This document shows, piece by piece, positions 29,501 to 38,827 of a stretch of 64,000 nt of DNA (the stretch's first letter is position 1; every line of letters starts with the position of its first letter). Under the pieces are notes generated by a model. It was not told the origin of the DNA and ran no database searches. It was given only the letters and a program-made list of their open reading frames with translations. Source of the stretch: an uncultured Bacteroidales bacterium (GTDB lineage: Bacteria > Bacteroidota > Bacteroidia > Bacteroidales > Porphyromonadaceae); assembly GCA_902489445.1 (NCBI GenBank), contig CABTZX010000001.1, forward strand, positions 38,606 through 102,605, in the 5' to 3' direction. Both the position numbers and the translations under genes were made by a program.

Positions 29501-32500
29501 GGATCAGTGATGGAGGACTCTGCTAGACAGAATGGTAAAAACTATCAATCTTATGTAGCTCCTTCTTATCTAGGTAAACTGATGAAAAGTATTAAGGATA
29601 AAAATACTGAAGAGGGTACTAGGTTTCTAGATGAGAATTACAAAGCTTTTGGCTGGTTTTATAATAAAAAAGCTGATTTCTTTTTTAGTGATTGGATAGA
29701 TAAATTATATAAAAATGAAATCTTTAATCGTGAAAAAGGAATGAGATTTAGAGATCTTATAGCTCATAAGACAGTATTAAATCAAGATGATAAAAACTAT
29801 GTAGATTGGGGTAAAAAGGATGTCATTCTATCTCTATTAACTGAGTTTCAAAAAGCTGATGTAGATGGTACAGCTTGGTATTATGTACCTCTATTTAGTG
29901 ATGCTCCCTCTGCTGATTTTATTAGGTTTGTGAAGTATGGTGATGAAGTTGGTGATTTTAAAGAAGGAGATAAACCATATAAAGAGGCTATAAAAGAAAA
30001 ACTCCGTGGAGTTGCAATGCAGGAATTTGAAAGAATAGTTCTTGTAAAAGAAAGAGATGCTATTAGAAATAGTGAAACAGCTACTGCTGAAGAAAAAGAA
30101 AGAGTAGGAGCTATAGATAACTATGATATAAAGAGGGATAAGAATGGTAATATAGTAAAGAAAGGTGGAGCAGAGTTTAAGTTCTTTCCTCAATTTAATG
30201 AATGGGGAGTATTTGATGCCATTAGTGACTTCCTAGAAGATCCTAATAATTCTGGTGAATATCCTTCAAAACTTGTTGATAGGTTTGTTGAAAGATACTT
30301 GGAAGAAGGTCTTGATAATGCTCTTGAAGTATGGAAGAATGAACAAGTATTTGAATTAGATGAATATGGTGGATATAAAAACTTTGATATAAGCACAGAG
30401 TTAGATACTGATACTCTTACGGATATTTTAAATTCTTTAAGTACCGATTTATATGATGTAAGGTATGGTCCTTTTGTAGAATTGTCTACAGAAGATATAG
30501 ATATACTATCTAAAGTTTATGGTATTTATGATGATTTTAACAAATATGTAATTTTCAATAAAAACAAAATTGATGATAGAGTTGTAAACAAATACATAAA
30601 TGACTTTAGAACAGCCGTAAAAGAATTACCTAATTCAGAAGTATTTGATGCTATAAGAAAAGACTCTATTGAATTAAGTGAATTATCACCCTTAGTAAAA
30701 TTCCTCAGAAACTACTACTACAATAATGCCCTAGCTACTTCTCAAATTATTCAACTAACTAATACTGACTTAGCTTACTTTAAGGACATGACTGATTTCT
30801 ATAAGAGAAATAAACAGAACCATGCTCCTTCACTAAGGCTAGATACTAGTGCAGTAAATCCCTTTACAGGAGAAAAAGTAGGTAGAAAAGTAGAAAGAGC
30901 CATCACTATTAAAGATGAATATATTCCTTCTACTGGTGTAGAAGATATAAGAAAAATTCTTACAGAAAGAGGAGTAAGTAAGACAGAAATAGATTTTATC
31001 TGTAGTCAATTTAGAAACGTTAATGTAACTGATGCTCAATCTTATAGAAGTCTAGACTCTTATAGGGCTGTTAAGTGTATGGTGGGTGATTGGACACAAC
31101 AAATGGAGACTGCCTATAATAATATACTTAATGATAGATGGACTGCTACTGATATGATGACAGTGTTTAATACATTAAAGCCTTATGTATACACACAGAA
31201 CTCTGTAGATAGTGGTGTAGCTGGTGGAGGTAAAATAAAAGTTCCTATACAACATAAGAACTCAGAGTTTCTTCTTCTGGCTACTTATAATCTAGTATCT
31301 GGTGCTCTAGGAAGAGCAAAGAAACTGAAGATATTGGATCAATTTATGAGAGACAATCAAATTGATGTAGTTCACTTTGAGTCTGTAGTAAAAGTAGGTA
31401 AGCAAGGTGCTATAGATGTAAATCAATTTGATGAAAATAATCTTGATGGTTTTAGAGAGTACCTAGAAAAAGCTATACGCACTGAAGATGGAAATTATAA
31501 TCCACAAGTAGTTCATGAAATAAGCTATGAGGATTATGGTATTCAGATGGAAACAGGACAGCATATAGTAGACACTAATAATCTTGTAGGTACTCAGGTA
31601 CAAAGATTAATAGGGGGAGACATAAGTGAGTCTGCTGTATTAGAACTAGATCAAGTAGATGATTTATTACTCTCTGATATGGGTGATGATGAAGTAATAC
31701 CCACATTAGGAGTTACTGCTGGTTCTTTGAGAGCTCAATCAGGTATAAGTGTAGAACAGTTTAGAGAGATAAAAGAACTTAGAGATTATGCAAGACATGC
31801 TAAGAACCTTTATGAAGACTATGCTGACTTGCAATATAAAAAGGGAGAAAAGATAGATCAGAATAAACTAGATCAACTTAAATCTGAGTACGAAACTGCA
31901 AAAGAAAAGTATGAAGCTAAAAGAAAGAGTACAAAGTCTGGATTAAGTAAAAAGCAATGGCATACTTTATTTAATGCTCTAATGGTAGAGAATATCATAC
32001 AGGGTTATAATAAAGTAGATAAACTATTCTCTGATAAAAAATCTATAAGTGATGTACTCAAGAGACAGATTAATTCTAGTCCTAGATATAGCAGGGATTT
32101 GCTTGATGCTTGTAGTCTCGATGAGAATGGAGAGTTCTTAATTCCTCTTGTTGATCCTACTAATAGTGATAGAGTACAAGCCCTTATGGCTAGTATAATG
32201 AGAAAGGAGATCACTCAACAAAAGATTAAAGGTGGTGCTCTATTCCAAGCTTCTTCTTTTGGTCTTACTGATGAACTAAATATTATTTATGAGGGTGAAG
32301 GTGAGAATAAAAGAATTAAAGAGTTTGAGTGCTATATGCCTGCTTATTCTAGAGAATTCTTTGAACCATTTATGAATTCTAAAACTCATGAACTTGATAT
32401 TAGTCAGCTACCAGATGAACTAAAAGAAATAGTTGGGTATAGAATACCTACAGAAGATAAATATTCTATGATGCCTTTAAAGATTAAAGGCTTCTTACCC

Positions 32501-35206
32501 TCTTCTATGGGTACTGCTATTATGCTTCCTGCTGAAATTACTACTATCACAGGTTCAGGATTTGGCATTGATGAATTACAATTAATGCTTCCTGAGTTTG
32601 ATATTATTGAATATAACAAAGGAAAGGCAAGAGCTGCATATAAAGAGCAATATAAACTCAGCGCAAGAGATAAGTCACTAGCAACTAACTCAGATATACC
32701 TAGTTTTGAAGATTGGTTTGAGGAGAATAAAGAAGATTTCAAATACAATAAACCTAAGTTCTCTAAAGTAAAATATGATTTCTCTAAGTCTCCCAAAGAG
32801 AATGGTACTAGAGCTAGAAATAATCTTTACTTAGATTTAGTACGTAGTGTACTTACTAATTCTGATACTGCTGATAAGATATTTAAAGGAGTTACTCCTA
32901 CAGAACATCATAGAGTAGGTAGAATTAATACTATACTTTTAAATGCTACTAGAAAAGAAATAGCTGAAGCTTTAGGATGTAGAGAATCAGAAGCTGTAAA
33001 GAAGTTATTACAAGTAGATGAGAGTACAGCTACTAACTTAGCAAAGAAATTAAGTCCTAAGATGGATCCACTATCACCTATATCTCAATTAGTTTCTCAC
33101 CAAGCTAATATGGTAGGACAAAAGATGATTGGGGTATATGCAATTAATCATGTGCAGAATGCCATTCTTCAATATGCTGAAGATACTGCCTTCACTCATC
33201 CTTTACTTCTAAATGGTAGATCAAGGAACAAACTAACTGAAATGTTAGATAGTAGTGGTGGTGCTAGAAACTTTATTACCAGGAACATAGCAGGGTATCT
33301 TTCTATGGCAGTGGATAATAGTAAGGAACAAATGCTTGCTACTCATAATCAGAATAACTTCACTTGTGGTGTCACTATGGCTCTCATAAGAGTGGGTTAT
33401 CAACCTAAGGAAGTAGCTCTATTACTGCAACAGCCTATCGTAAGAAGAATGACTGATGCATACTCTAGCAATGAATATGGAGAATATGCATCAGGAAAAG
33501 ATGTAATAAGTAATGTAATAGAAGATCTACAGAAAAAGATTTTAAGCATAGATCCCAGCTTTTCTTTTACAGGTATGACAGGTGAGTCTTTATCTGCATG
33601 GAATACAGCTGGTGCGTACTCAATGGAAAGGCTTGCGAATAATATAGTTCAGGATACAGAAAGAAGAAAAGCACATATAAAAGGAGAAGATCTAAATTCT
33701 TTAGTAGATCAATATAAAGTAGCTTTACTTTTCAGGAACTTATATTCTAAAGGAGAAGAACTTTCAAACTTTGTAAATAGAACTAGACCTGATCAAATAA
33801 AAAATGCAGCAGGACCTACTATAGCTCAAACACAAGAAAATGAAGCTAAGTATGTAGATGCTTATAGAAAATCTCAACCTGTAAAGAGAGGTGATGTGAT
33901 AGTTACTCCTCCTGTAGCTATTACTGGAGCTAATATATTTAGCATAACAGATAATATAGAAAGTATTACTGAGGATGAGCTAAGAAAAATGTCTATGGAA
34001 TCTTCTATACCCTATCTACAAGCTCAGTTCTTGTGTGGTATACAAGGTGCTAAAAAGTTCTATGGTAAGTTCTTTCCATACTATAATGAGAATATCATTG
34101 CAGCAAAGGATAAAGTACTTAGTCTAGCTAAATCTAATCATATTAGTGCTAAAGAAGTAAATGATATTTATCAAGAACTTAGTACTTATGTATTATCAGG
34201 TGCAGAGTTCTTGGCAGGAGATACAGCTTTAATGGGTGATAAAAGATTCTTGAATGGTTATGAAGAAGTAAAGGATTACTACATAAATGAATTTCCTGAT
34301 GACTTTCAAGCTCTCTTAAAAGAGGCAGAAAAGGATGAAAATTCAGACCTGAAGAGCAACTTTTTTATAGATAATCTTACTGTAGCTTTTAATAGAAAAG
34401 TCAACTCAAAAGTCATTGAATTAAATACAGAAGGTAAGATGACTAGAGAAACAAGGGAATCTATACAAAGAGATTGGGAAGATCTACTTTATTCAAGTAA
34501 TCCTAAGTATGTAAAACTAGCTCAAGCTCTATTTACCTATAGTTACTTTAGAAGTGGATTAGCTTATACACCTAAGGGGTTTGGTCACTTAGCACCTTCC
34601 TCTATAAAAACTAGTGTTCCTGGTTTTGTGGATGCAATTAAATTATTAGATGATAAGAATTTAAACTTTGATGAGTTTGCCGAACAGTTTATCATTAATC
34701 ATAGAAATAATAACAAATTAGTTGCTAATGCCTATAGCTTAGATAAAAGAGAGTTCATCAACACTGTTAATGGTAAAAATGAAATAAAGACTGAGCTTTT
34801 GTTTGACACTTCCGGAGAAAATAGTGGGAAGAGATACAAGTCTATCATAAAAGAGAGATATTATTCAGGGGGAAAGGTACGGTATCTATATTCTCCGTTT
34901 ATAAAGAAGACTATAAATAGTAGAGATTTTGTTTATACACTTACAGAGTATACTGATAATACAGTGAAATATAGATTAGTACAGAATCTTGGTATGCCAT
35001 CTGTGTTTAAAGAATATAGCTTTGGGAAAAACTACGATAAAATAGACAGTAGTCTTATAGCTAATATTAATAATACTGACCTCTCTTGGAATAGACGTAC
35101 TATGAGAACCATAGATGTTTTACGTAAAAGTAGTGGAATGAAGGTATATGGCTATTATGTAAAAGAAGATGTGGCTGCAGTAGTAGAGAATAGTCAAAAA
35201 GAATAA
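26510..35206 (+). CDS. giant hypothetical protein (2898 aa), cytoplasmic-type, horizontally acquired
   Basis: 8.7-kb ORF with no stop codon in an AT-rich context, which is essentially impossible by chance. No signal peptide or TM segment. Lys/Glu/Asn-rich, with a coiled-coil stretch around residue 1750. No Walker A, DPPY/NPPY, DxDGD, DEAD/H or polymerase motifs found by eye. Confidence 0.85.
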   Translation: MWRFNENIKEIRAKAERDFTNRVFSTIAPFYNTKITAGNLKEIRTKVEDDFTRRANHVAGLLGINLIGITTNIENFGLEKGKTAAEAMANLSYTFELEGPSEKTALFASLVNDLGYEPQETVITSKVVNSAEEADAVQITYPLGNKSRKETLELINKLGIENYSIDPRTNVITVTVFNQKNGKLTLTAEEAEKQRTLSEELYGKERSGWKCSAKFLKSDYLNTRVRREIYARELERDGNRGKQQDIRLHKKLKAGLKETTTSLQDTSRQRGSQFFGEHDAISSNIVVVNESNSGEENSITRRNTEKEIKENARISIPLGKSIGDIISGRRTAITIERNNATKRDFYILKDIEAGQIFSIKDNSGKTVFVRATKKLHKVKREGVGDEWAERNFGDTREREIFATKDNREFSEVEFEYVGDKIDALLNKDKILEEIKSIFERALDNGSRDFRLDFASGISDPDVINRVVEYINSVADDFGCIPFNVIFPENLNTGKLNITAQEETESDTTTNSSVSIEQRRKLNQTFDPKRRKARANLIARYFSNYLDAKVAKFDKRVQEALTSDTVSEEDKQELRAFLATLEATGSKRLEVLRRIGPKKILEKIRNSLNKTLNDTLSGNREKIIEGKKKNALRKNPNLTEEQLEADANNFIKNIVEKYPAIIENFTALAEEAIPMINKREQITINEDSVLSYINSQESMFQEEFNEDGTEDIVDMEEQPKDHFLSDFRTTSSQETMSMRVRKRLGEIIKINPDGTPVLDDMYMGVYLNEDEVYSTLKRDLSSMVTSEDMIPLLEESAKTKPWVKQVIQTVERDLLFKTQLYHNMRSDFQEYWVQEKSKESKGFNTLPINRKSGIWHMLESWKNNVEGDNVLTTTNTNDKYGSIYDNNGNIIKENIKKAKTSFLNIRRILRGIKDINELDKNFYRDVTNLLKSFGINVGIDTVEQTIKVNKPEEVYAGISPLVIITDVVEKDNITTTNNFYKKFSTAYSNIAKFFAPAMGSVMEDSARQNGKNYQSYVAPSYLGKLMKSIKDKNTEEGTRFLDENYKAFGWFYNKKADFFFSDWIDKLYKNEIFNREKGMRFRDLIAHKTVLNQDDKNYVDWGKKDVILSLLTEFQKADVDGTAWYYVPLFSDAPSADFIRFVKYGDEVGDFKEGDKPYKEAIKEKLRGVAMQEFERIVLVKERDAIRNSETATAEEKERVGAIDNYDIKRDKNGNIVKKGGAEFKFFPQFNEWGVFDAISDFLEDPNNSGEYPSKLVDRFVERYLEEGLDNALEVWKNEQVFELDEYGGYKNFDISTELDTDTLTDILNSLSTDLYDVRYGPFVELSTEDIDILSKVYGIYDDFNKYVIFNKNKIDDRVVNKYINDFRTAVKELPNSEVFDAIRKDSIELSELSPLVKFLRNYYYNNALATSQIIQLTNTDLAYFKDMTDFYKRNKQNHAPSLRLDTSAVNPFTGEKVGRKVERAITIKDEYIPSTGVEDIRKILTERGVSKTEIDFICSQFRNVNVTDAQSYRSLDSYRAVKCMVGDWTQQMETAYNNILNDRWTATDMMTVFNTLKPYVYTQNSVDSGVAGGGKIKVPIQHKNSEFLLLATYNLVSGALGRAKKLKILDQFMRDNQIDVVHFESVVKVGKQGAIDVNQFDENNLDGFREYLEKAIRTEDGNYNPQVVHEISYEDYGIQMETGQHIVDTNNLVGTQVQRLIGGDISESAVLELDQVDDLLLSDMGDDEVIPTLGVTAGSLRAQSGISVEQFREIKELRDYARHAKNLYEDYADLQYKKGEKIDQNKLDQLKSEYETAKEKYEAKRKSTKSGLSKKQWHTLFNALMVENIIQGYNKVDKLFSDKKSISDVLKRQINSSPRYSRDLLDACSLDENGEFLIPLVDPTNSDRVQALMASIMRKEITQQKIKGGALFQASSFGLTDELNIIYEGEGENKRIKEFECYMPAYSREFFEPFMNSKTHELDISQLPDELKEIVGYRIPTEDKYSMMPLKIKGFLPSSMGTAIMLPAEITTITGSGFGIDELQLMLPEFDIIEYNKGKARAAYKEQYKLSARDKSLATNSDIPSFEDWFEENKEDFKYNKPKFSKVKYDFSKSPKENGTRARNNLYLDLVRSVLTNSDTADKIFKGVTPTEHHRVGRINTILLNATRKEIAEALGCRESEAVKKLLQVDESTATNLAKKLSPKMDPLSPISQLVSHQANMVGQKMIGVYAINHVQNAILQYAEDTAFTHPLLLNGRSRNKLTEMLDSSGGARNFITRNIAGYLSMAVDNSKEQMLATHNQNNFTCGVTMALIRVGYQPKEVALLLQQPIVRRMTDAYSSNEYGEYASGKDVISNVIEDLQKKILSIDPSFSFTGMTGESLSAWNTAGAYSMERLANNIVQDTERRKAHIKGEDLNSLVDQYKVALLFRNLYSKGEELSNFVNRTRPDQIKNAAGPTIAQTQENEAKYVDAYRKSQPVKRGDVIVTPPVAITGANIFSITDNIESITEDELRKMSMESSIPYLQAQFLCGIQGAKKFYGKFFPYYNENIIAAKDKVLSLAKSNHISAKEVNDIYQELSTYVLSGAEFLAGDTALMGDKRFLNGYEEVKDYYINEFPDDFQALLKEAEKDENSDLKSNFFIDNLTVAFNRKVNSKVIELNTEGKMTRETRESIQRDWEDLLYSSNPKYVKLAQALFTYSYFRSGLAYTPKGFGHLAPSSIKTSVPGFVDAIKLLDDKNLNFDEFAEQFIINHRNNNKLVANAYSLDKREFINTVNGKNEIKTELLFDTSGENSGKRYKSIIKERYYSGGKVRYLYSPFIKKTINSRDFVYTLTEYTDNTVKYRLVQNLGMPSVFKEYSFGKNYDKIDSSLIANINNTDLSWNRRTMRTIDVLRKSSGMKVYGYYVKEDVAAVVENSQKE

Positions 35207-35793
35207 GCAGAGTACATCAGATGATATTAATACCTCTAAAGCAAGGAGACCCCAATTGTCCAAAATAACACCAACTGGTGTATATAATAGGATAGGCGGT
35301 TCAAAGAGTAATTCTACCCTTAGTGATAAAGATTAGAAAAACTCTGGATGGACTATGAAGGAACTTAATAGCTTTGATGAAGCAAAACTAAGATGTCTGC
35401 TGAAGAAGATATAGATGTAGCCTTTATGGTAAAATCGAAAGAAAAGATAGAAAATGCTGAAGGTAACTTGGCTTGTGATTAATTGATAAATAAGAATGTG
35501 GGATTAAGTTGTGCAATAATATCCAGAGTAAAAAAACAGACTTAGAAGATCAGACGTATAAAGTAACCTATGGGCTTCCAATTTATTCAAAGAATATAGA
35601 TTGGGAGTTAGTTACAAAAACTATTCAGTTCCTCCAATTTAGTGGAGAAATATAAATGTGAGTATAACGAGGTGTAAGCATATTTCTGACTTTCGGGGAA
35701 TCTTTTCCTCTCATCTTAACAATAAAGTATCTAATGGGAGCGAAATAAGTATTATATTTGTGGACAGATATACGTAAATCCATTGGTGGCAAT

Positions 35794-36240
35794 ATGAAAA
35801 AAGTCTATAGATCTGTGCGTAGCCTTCTCTCTACAGGCGCCTCCTTGCTTTTAGGATGGTTTGGTTTTTCCGGTTGTCTCATTATAGGTGGTGCTGAGTA
35901 CGGTACTCCTACGGTTAATTATGAGTTCAAGGTGCACGTAAAGGATCAGAACGCAAAACCGGTTCCCGGTCTACAGGTATCTGTTTCTGAAACATATTAT
36001 CAGGAAAAGCCACTCACCGATGCAGATGGAAATGTGCAGTTGAACGGTAGATATACCGGATTTTACGGAGATCAAAAGGTTGGCTTGGGTATACGCGACG
36101 TTGATGGCGAACAGAATGGTGTGGTAGCGGATACGCTGATCAACGTGGATGTGAAGGAAAGTGACTTTGTAAGCAAAGGAAGAGGCTGGAATAAAGGCAA
36201 GATCGTAAAGGATATAACTCTTGAAGTTAAACGGAAATAG
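35794..36240 (+). CDS. putative lipoprotein with a carboxypeptidase-regulatory-like beta-sandwich, paired with the radical SAM gene
   Basis: Signal peptide plus lipobox (GWFGFSGC). The Met at 35794 is the likely start. GC content is host-like. Confidence 0.55.
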   Translation: MKKVYRSVRSLLSTGASLLLGWFGFSGCLIIGGAEYGTPTVNYEFKVHVKDQNAKPVPGLQVSVSETYYQEKPLTDADGNVQLNGRYTGFYGDQKVGLGIRDVDGEQNGVVADTLINVDVKESDFVSKGRGWNKGKIVKDITLEVKRK

Positions 36241-36265
36241 CTATAGACAAATTGGTTCAAATATC

Positions 36266-36526
36266 ATGAAGCGTAGTAGCATTTCTTTTCTCGGAAATAT
36301 AGTGGTGGCGGTAGCGCTCGTGCTCATCGGGTGCTTGGGATTTATGAGCTGCAAGTCACGCACATTTCGTTCGGAGAAAAGAGATGAACAAAATGTCCCA
36401 TCCGATTCGACAACTTTCAGAAAACCACGACCGATACACGGAGGCGTGGTAGTAGCGATGTACGGAACTCCCTATACTCGTTTTGAAGCAAAGAAGGTTC
36501 CTCGTCCAGAAGAAGCTGAAGAATAA
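36266..36526 (+). CDS. small putative lipoprotein (86 aa)
   Basis: Signal peptide plus lipobox (VLIGCLGFMSC) and a charged C-terminal tail. Lies between the first lipoprotein and the radical SAM gene. Confidence 0.4.
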   Translation: MKRSSISFLGNIVVAVALVLIGCLGFMSCKSRTFRSEKRDEQNVPSDSTTFRKPRPIHGGVVVAMYGTPYTRFEAKKVPRPEEAEE

Positions 36527-36556
36527 GCGGATACTGAGATTTTCCGGCAAACTGAT

Positions 36557-37693
36557 ATGATGCATCGCAAGCATTCCTCTATGGGTAAAAAGCTACTTCG
36601 TCCGTCGCTCAAACAGCGATTGGCACTGAACTTGTACCGCGTGGTTCGCGATGAAAATATACATCAGCATCCGATGAATACGCTCTTTTGGGAGTGTACC
36701 CTGCGGTGTAATCTGCATTGCGCGCACTGTGGAAGTGATTGTCGCGCTGATAGCGGCGTAGCGGAGCTTTCTGTTCCCGAATTCATTCGCATCATCGATC
36801 GGTTAACTCCCCATGTCAATCCCAATCAACTTTTGGTGATTTTCACCGGTGGAGAGGCGTTGGTGCGGCAAGATATCGAGGAAGCCGGACTGGCACTCTA
36901 CCATCGCGGTTATCCGTGGGGCATTGTGACCAATGGGATGCTTTTGAGTGCTGAGCGTTTGGAAAAGCTACGAAGTGCCGGGCTCCATACCGCAACTGTG
37001 AGCTTGGACGGCTTTGCCGAAGCGCATAATAGGCTACGAGGTCATCCGCTAAGCTATGAGCGCGCTTGGAATGCCATACAACTGCTCACGAAAGCGGAAG
37101 ACATTGTGTGGGACGTGGTTACCTGCGTTAATCCGATGAATTTCGATTCACTTCCCGCACTGCGCCAACATCTAGTTAATGCCGGAGTGAAGTGCTGGAG
37201 GCTCTTTTCTATTTTTCCCGTAGGGCGAGCCGCTGAAAATGAGCAACTCCGTCTTTCGGACAGCCAACTCTACCAATTAATGCAATTCATTGTAGCCACT
37301 AACCGGGAGGGGCAAATTGAGGCGCAGTATGGGTGCGAGGGCTATTTGGGAGCCTTTGAGGGAAAGAGTCGCAAGCAGTTTTACCAATGTCGTGCCGGTG
37401 TGAATATAGCCTCCATTCTTTGTGATGGTTCCATCAGTGCCTGCCCAAGCATACGCTTCAATTATAAGCAGGGCAATGTGCATCATGATGACCTTTGGAC
37501 CGTGTGGCAAAACGGATTTACCGCTTTTCGCGACCGATCATGGGCTAAGAGCGGTCCCTGCGCATCCTGCAAAAGCTGGAAGTTTTGTTTGGGAAATGGC
37601 ATGCATCTTCGGGATGACGACGGAAAGTTATTGGTATGCCATCTCAGTCGACTCGAAGCCGGAGCTGAAGCCCTGCACGCCTCCAAGGAGTAA
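36557..37693 (+). CDS. radical SAM enzyme with a C-terminal SPASM (additional 4Fe-4S) domain
   Basis: CNLHCAHC (CxxxCxxC) radical-SAM cluster motif near the N-terminus and a Cys-rich C-terminus (CPSIRF...CASCKSWKFCLGNG...C). This is the architecture of anSME and peptide-maturase-type SPASM enzymes. Confidence 0.85.
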   Translation: MMHRKHSSMGKKLLRPSLKQRLALNLYRVVRDENIHQHPMNTLFWECTLRCNLHCAHCGSDCRADSGVAELSVPEFIRIIDRLTPHVNPNQLLVIFTGGEALVRQDIEEAGLALYHRGYPWGIVTNGMLLSAERLEKLRSAGLHTATVSLDGFAEAHNRLRGHPLSYERAWNAIQLLTKAEDIVWDVVTCVNPMNFDSLPALRQHLVNAGVKCWRLFSIFPVGRAAENEQLRLSDSQLYQLMQFIVATNREGQIEAQYGCEGYLGAFEGKSRKQFYQCRAGVNIASILCDGSISACPSIRFNYKQGNVHHDDLWTVWQNGFTAFRDRSWAKSGPCASCKSWKFCLGNGMHLRDDDGKLLVCHLSRLEAGAEALHASKE

Positions 37694-38292
37694 TACGCGT
37701 TGTTTCTCTCTATCAACCACATTGATTAGCCATTTCAATTCTTTCGCTCCTCCTACTTATTATATAGGTGGAAGCGTGATCTTTTACCGAGAAAAGAACG
37801 CTCTTTATGCGAAGAAATAGCAGAGAACTTCGCTACCCCCGTATGCACGCTGTTACGCCATGGTACATTCCTCAAATAAGGCGGATTATAGCGCGCAGTT
37901 TAGTGCAGAATATACTGGTATGAGACGCAGTTATATGACCAAATGCTACACGTAATAAAAAAAGACAGGCCAATCGATCGCTCAATCAGCCTGCCGAGGG
38001 CTTTACATCAACGGCGGGTGAACCAATACCATCTTCTGCCCTCACCGGCAAAGATAGCTAACTCCTATCACTTTTGTCCATCGCCATAGTGGCAGACTAA
38101 CTACCAATCGCTTTGAGAGCTTAGGCAACGGATACAATACAGCTAACATTTCGCCATATATCGTGGCTAAGGTTGCGCTTAATCATACCAGGTTCTGCTG
38201 CGGCAGGACACGTCTTGGCCAACTGCGATGCGGGTCGCCTTGGCTCGTCCGAGGCTTCCTGTCTCTATTCTTGCTCGTAGTTTTACCCTCCT

Positions 38293-38690
38293 CAATCCAT
38301 ACGCTCTCGCTCATCAATCCATAGATGCTCACTTCTTAATCCGTACGCTCTTGCTCCTTTATACATACGTCCTCAATCCTTTCTACGTACTTCCTCGATT
38401 CTTTATACGTAGCTTCATAATCTTTTGTACGTACCTTCTCTATAAATCATTAAAAGGATTTATATAAACCGTTTAAATGATTTATACGCGTACTTTAAAG
38501 GATTTGTACAAATCATTTAAAGAATTTATCGAGTGTCACCGGATAAAAAATCGACAACCTACGCATCACCGGTCATCAGCCTACGTATAATGAATCGTCA
38601 AACTACGCATCACTGGTCAAGATCTACATATTAATGGTCATCAATCACGAATAAGCAGGCGGCGAAAACGTACAAATACGCATAGAGATA
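38293..38690. repeat. MITE-like repeat element copy A, containing a 22-23-bp minisatellite (core TACGTAC / ATCC(A/G)TAC) and a palindromic AAAGGATTTATATAAAC core
   Basis: About seven tandem units of 22-23 bp (38293-38455) are followed by aaatcattaaaaggatttatataaaccgtttaaatgattta. A 160-bp stretch is homologous to 44105-44265, and the ACGTACAAATAC end motif is shared. Confidence 0.7.
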
Positions 38691-38827
38691 TTCATAATGG
38701 GGTGTCGGGGGGACTACATGGGGGACGTTATCGCTCGCTAAAACGTTCGACTACTTCCGTACCGTACAAACAAAAGCCGACGGATTACTTTATCCGCCGG
38801 CTTGAATTGGTCTGGGTGGTGGGGTAG

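Larger units (their letters stand above)
25860..35790. other. low-GC genomic island (about 30% GC versus about 50% in flanks) dominated by a single giant ORF
   Basis: Abrupt change in base composition and codon usage (AGA/AAA/GAA/ATA-rich) in both intergenic and coding parts. No integrase, transposase or tRNA lies at the borders. Confidence 0.75.

Noticed and set aside
27544-32796. Multiple 60-160-aa minus-strand ORFs inside the giant gene (27544..28032, 28138..28467, 29891..30193, 32404..32796 and others)
   Set aside because: They are antisense to a strongly coding frame in AT-rich DNA, with Ser/Leu/Phe/Ile-rich low-complexity translations typical of antisense artefacts.
38228-38467. 79-aa ORF inside MITE-like copy A; also 44045..44434(+) and 44119..44448(-) inside copy B
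   Set aside because: These are translations of the 22-23-bp minisatellite and palindromic core, with repetitive low-complexity peptides. The same DNA recurs as a non-coding repeat elsewhere.
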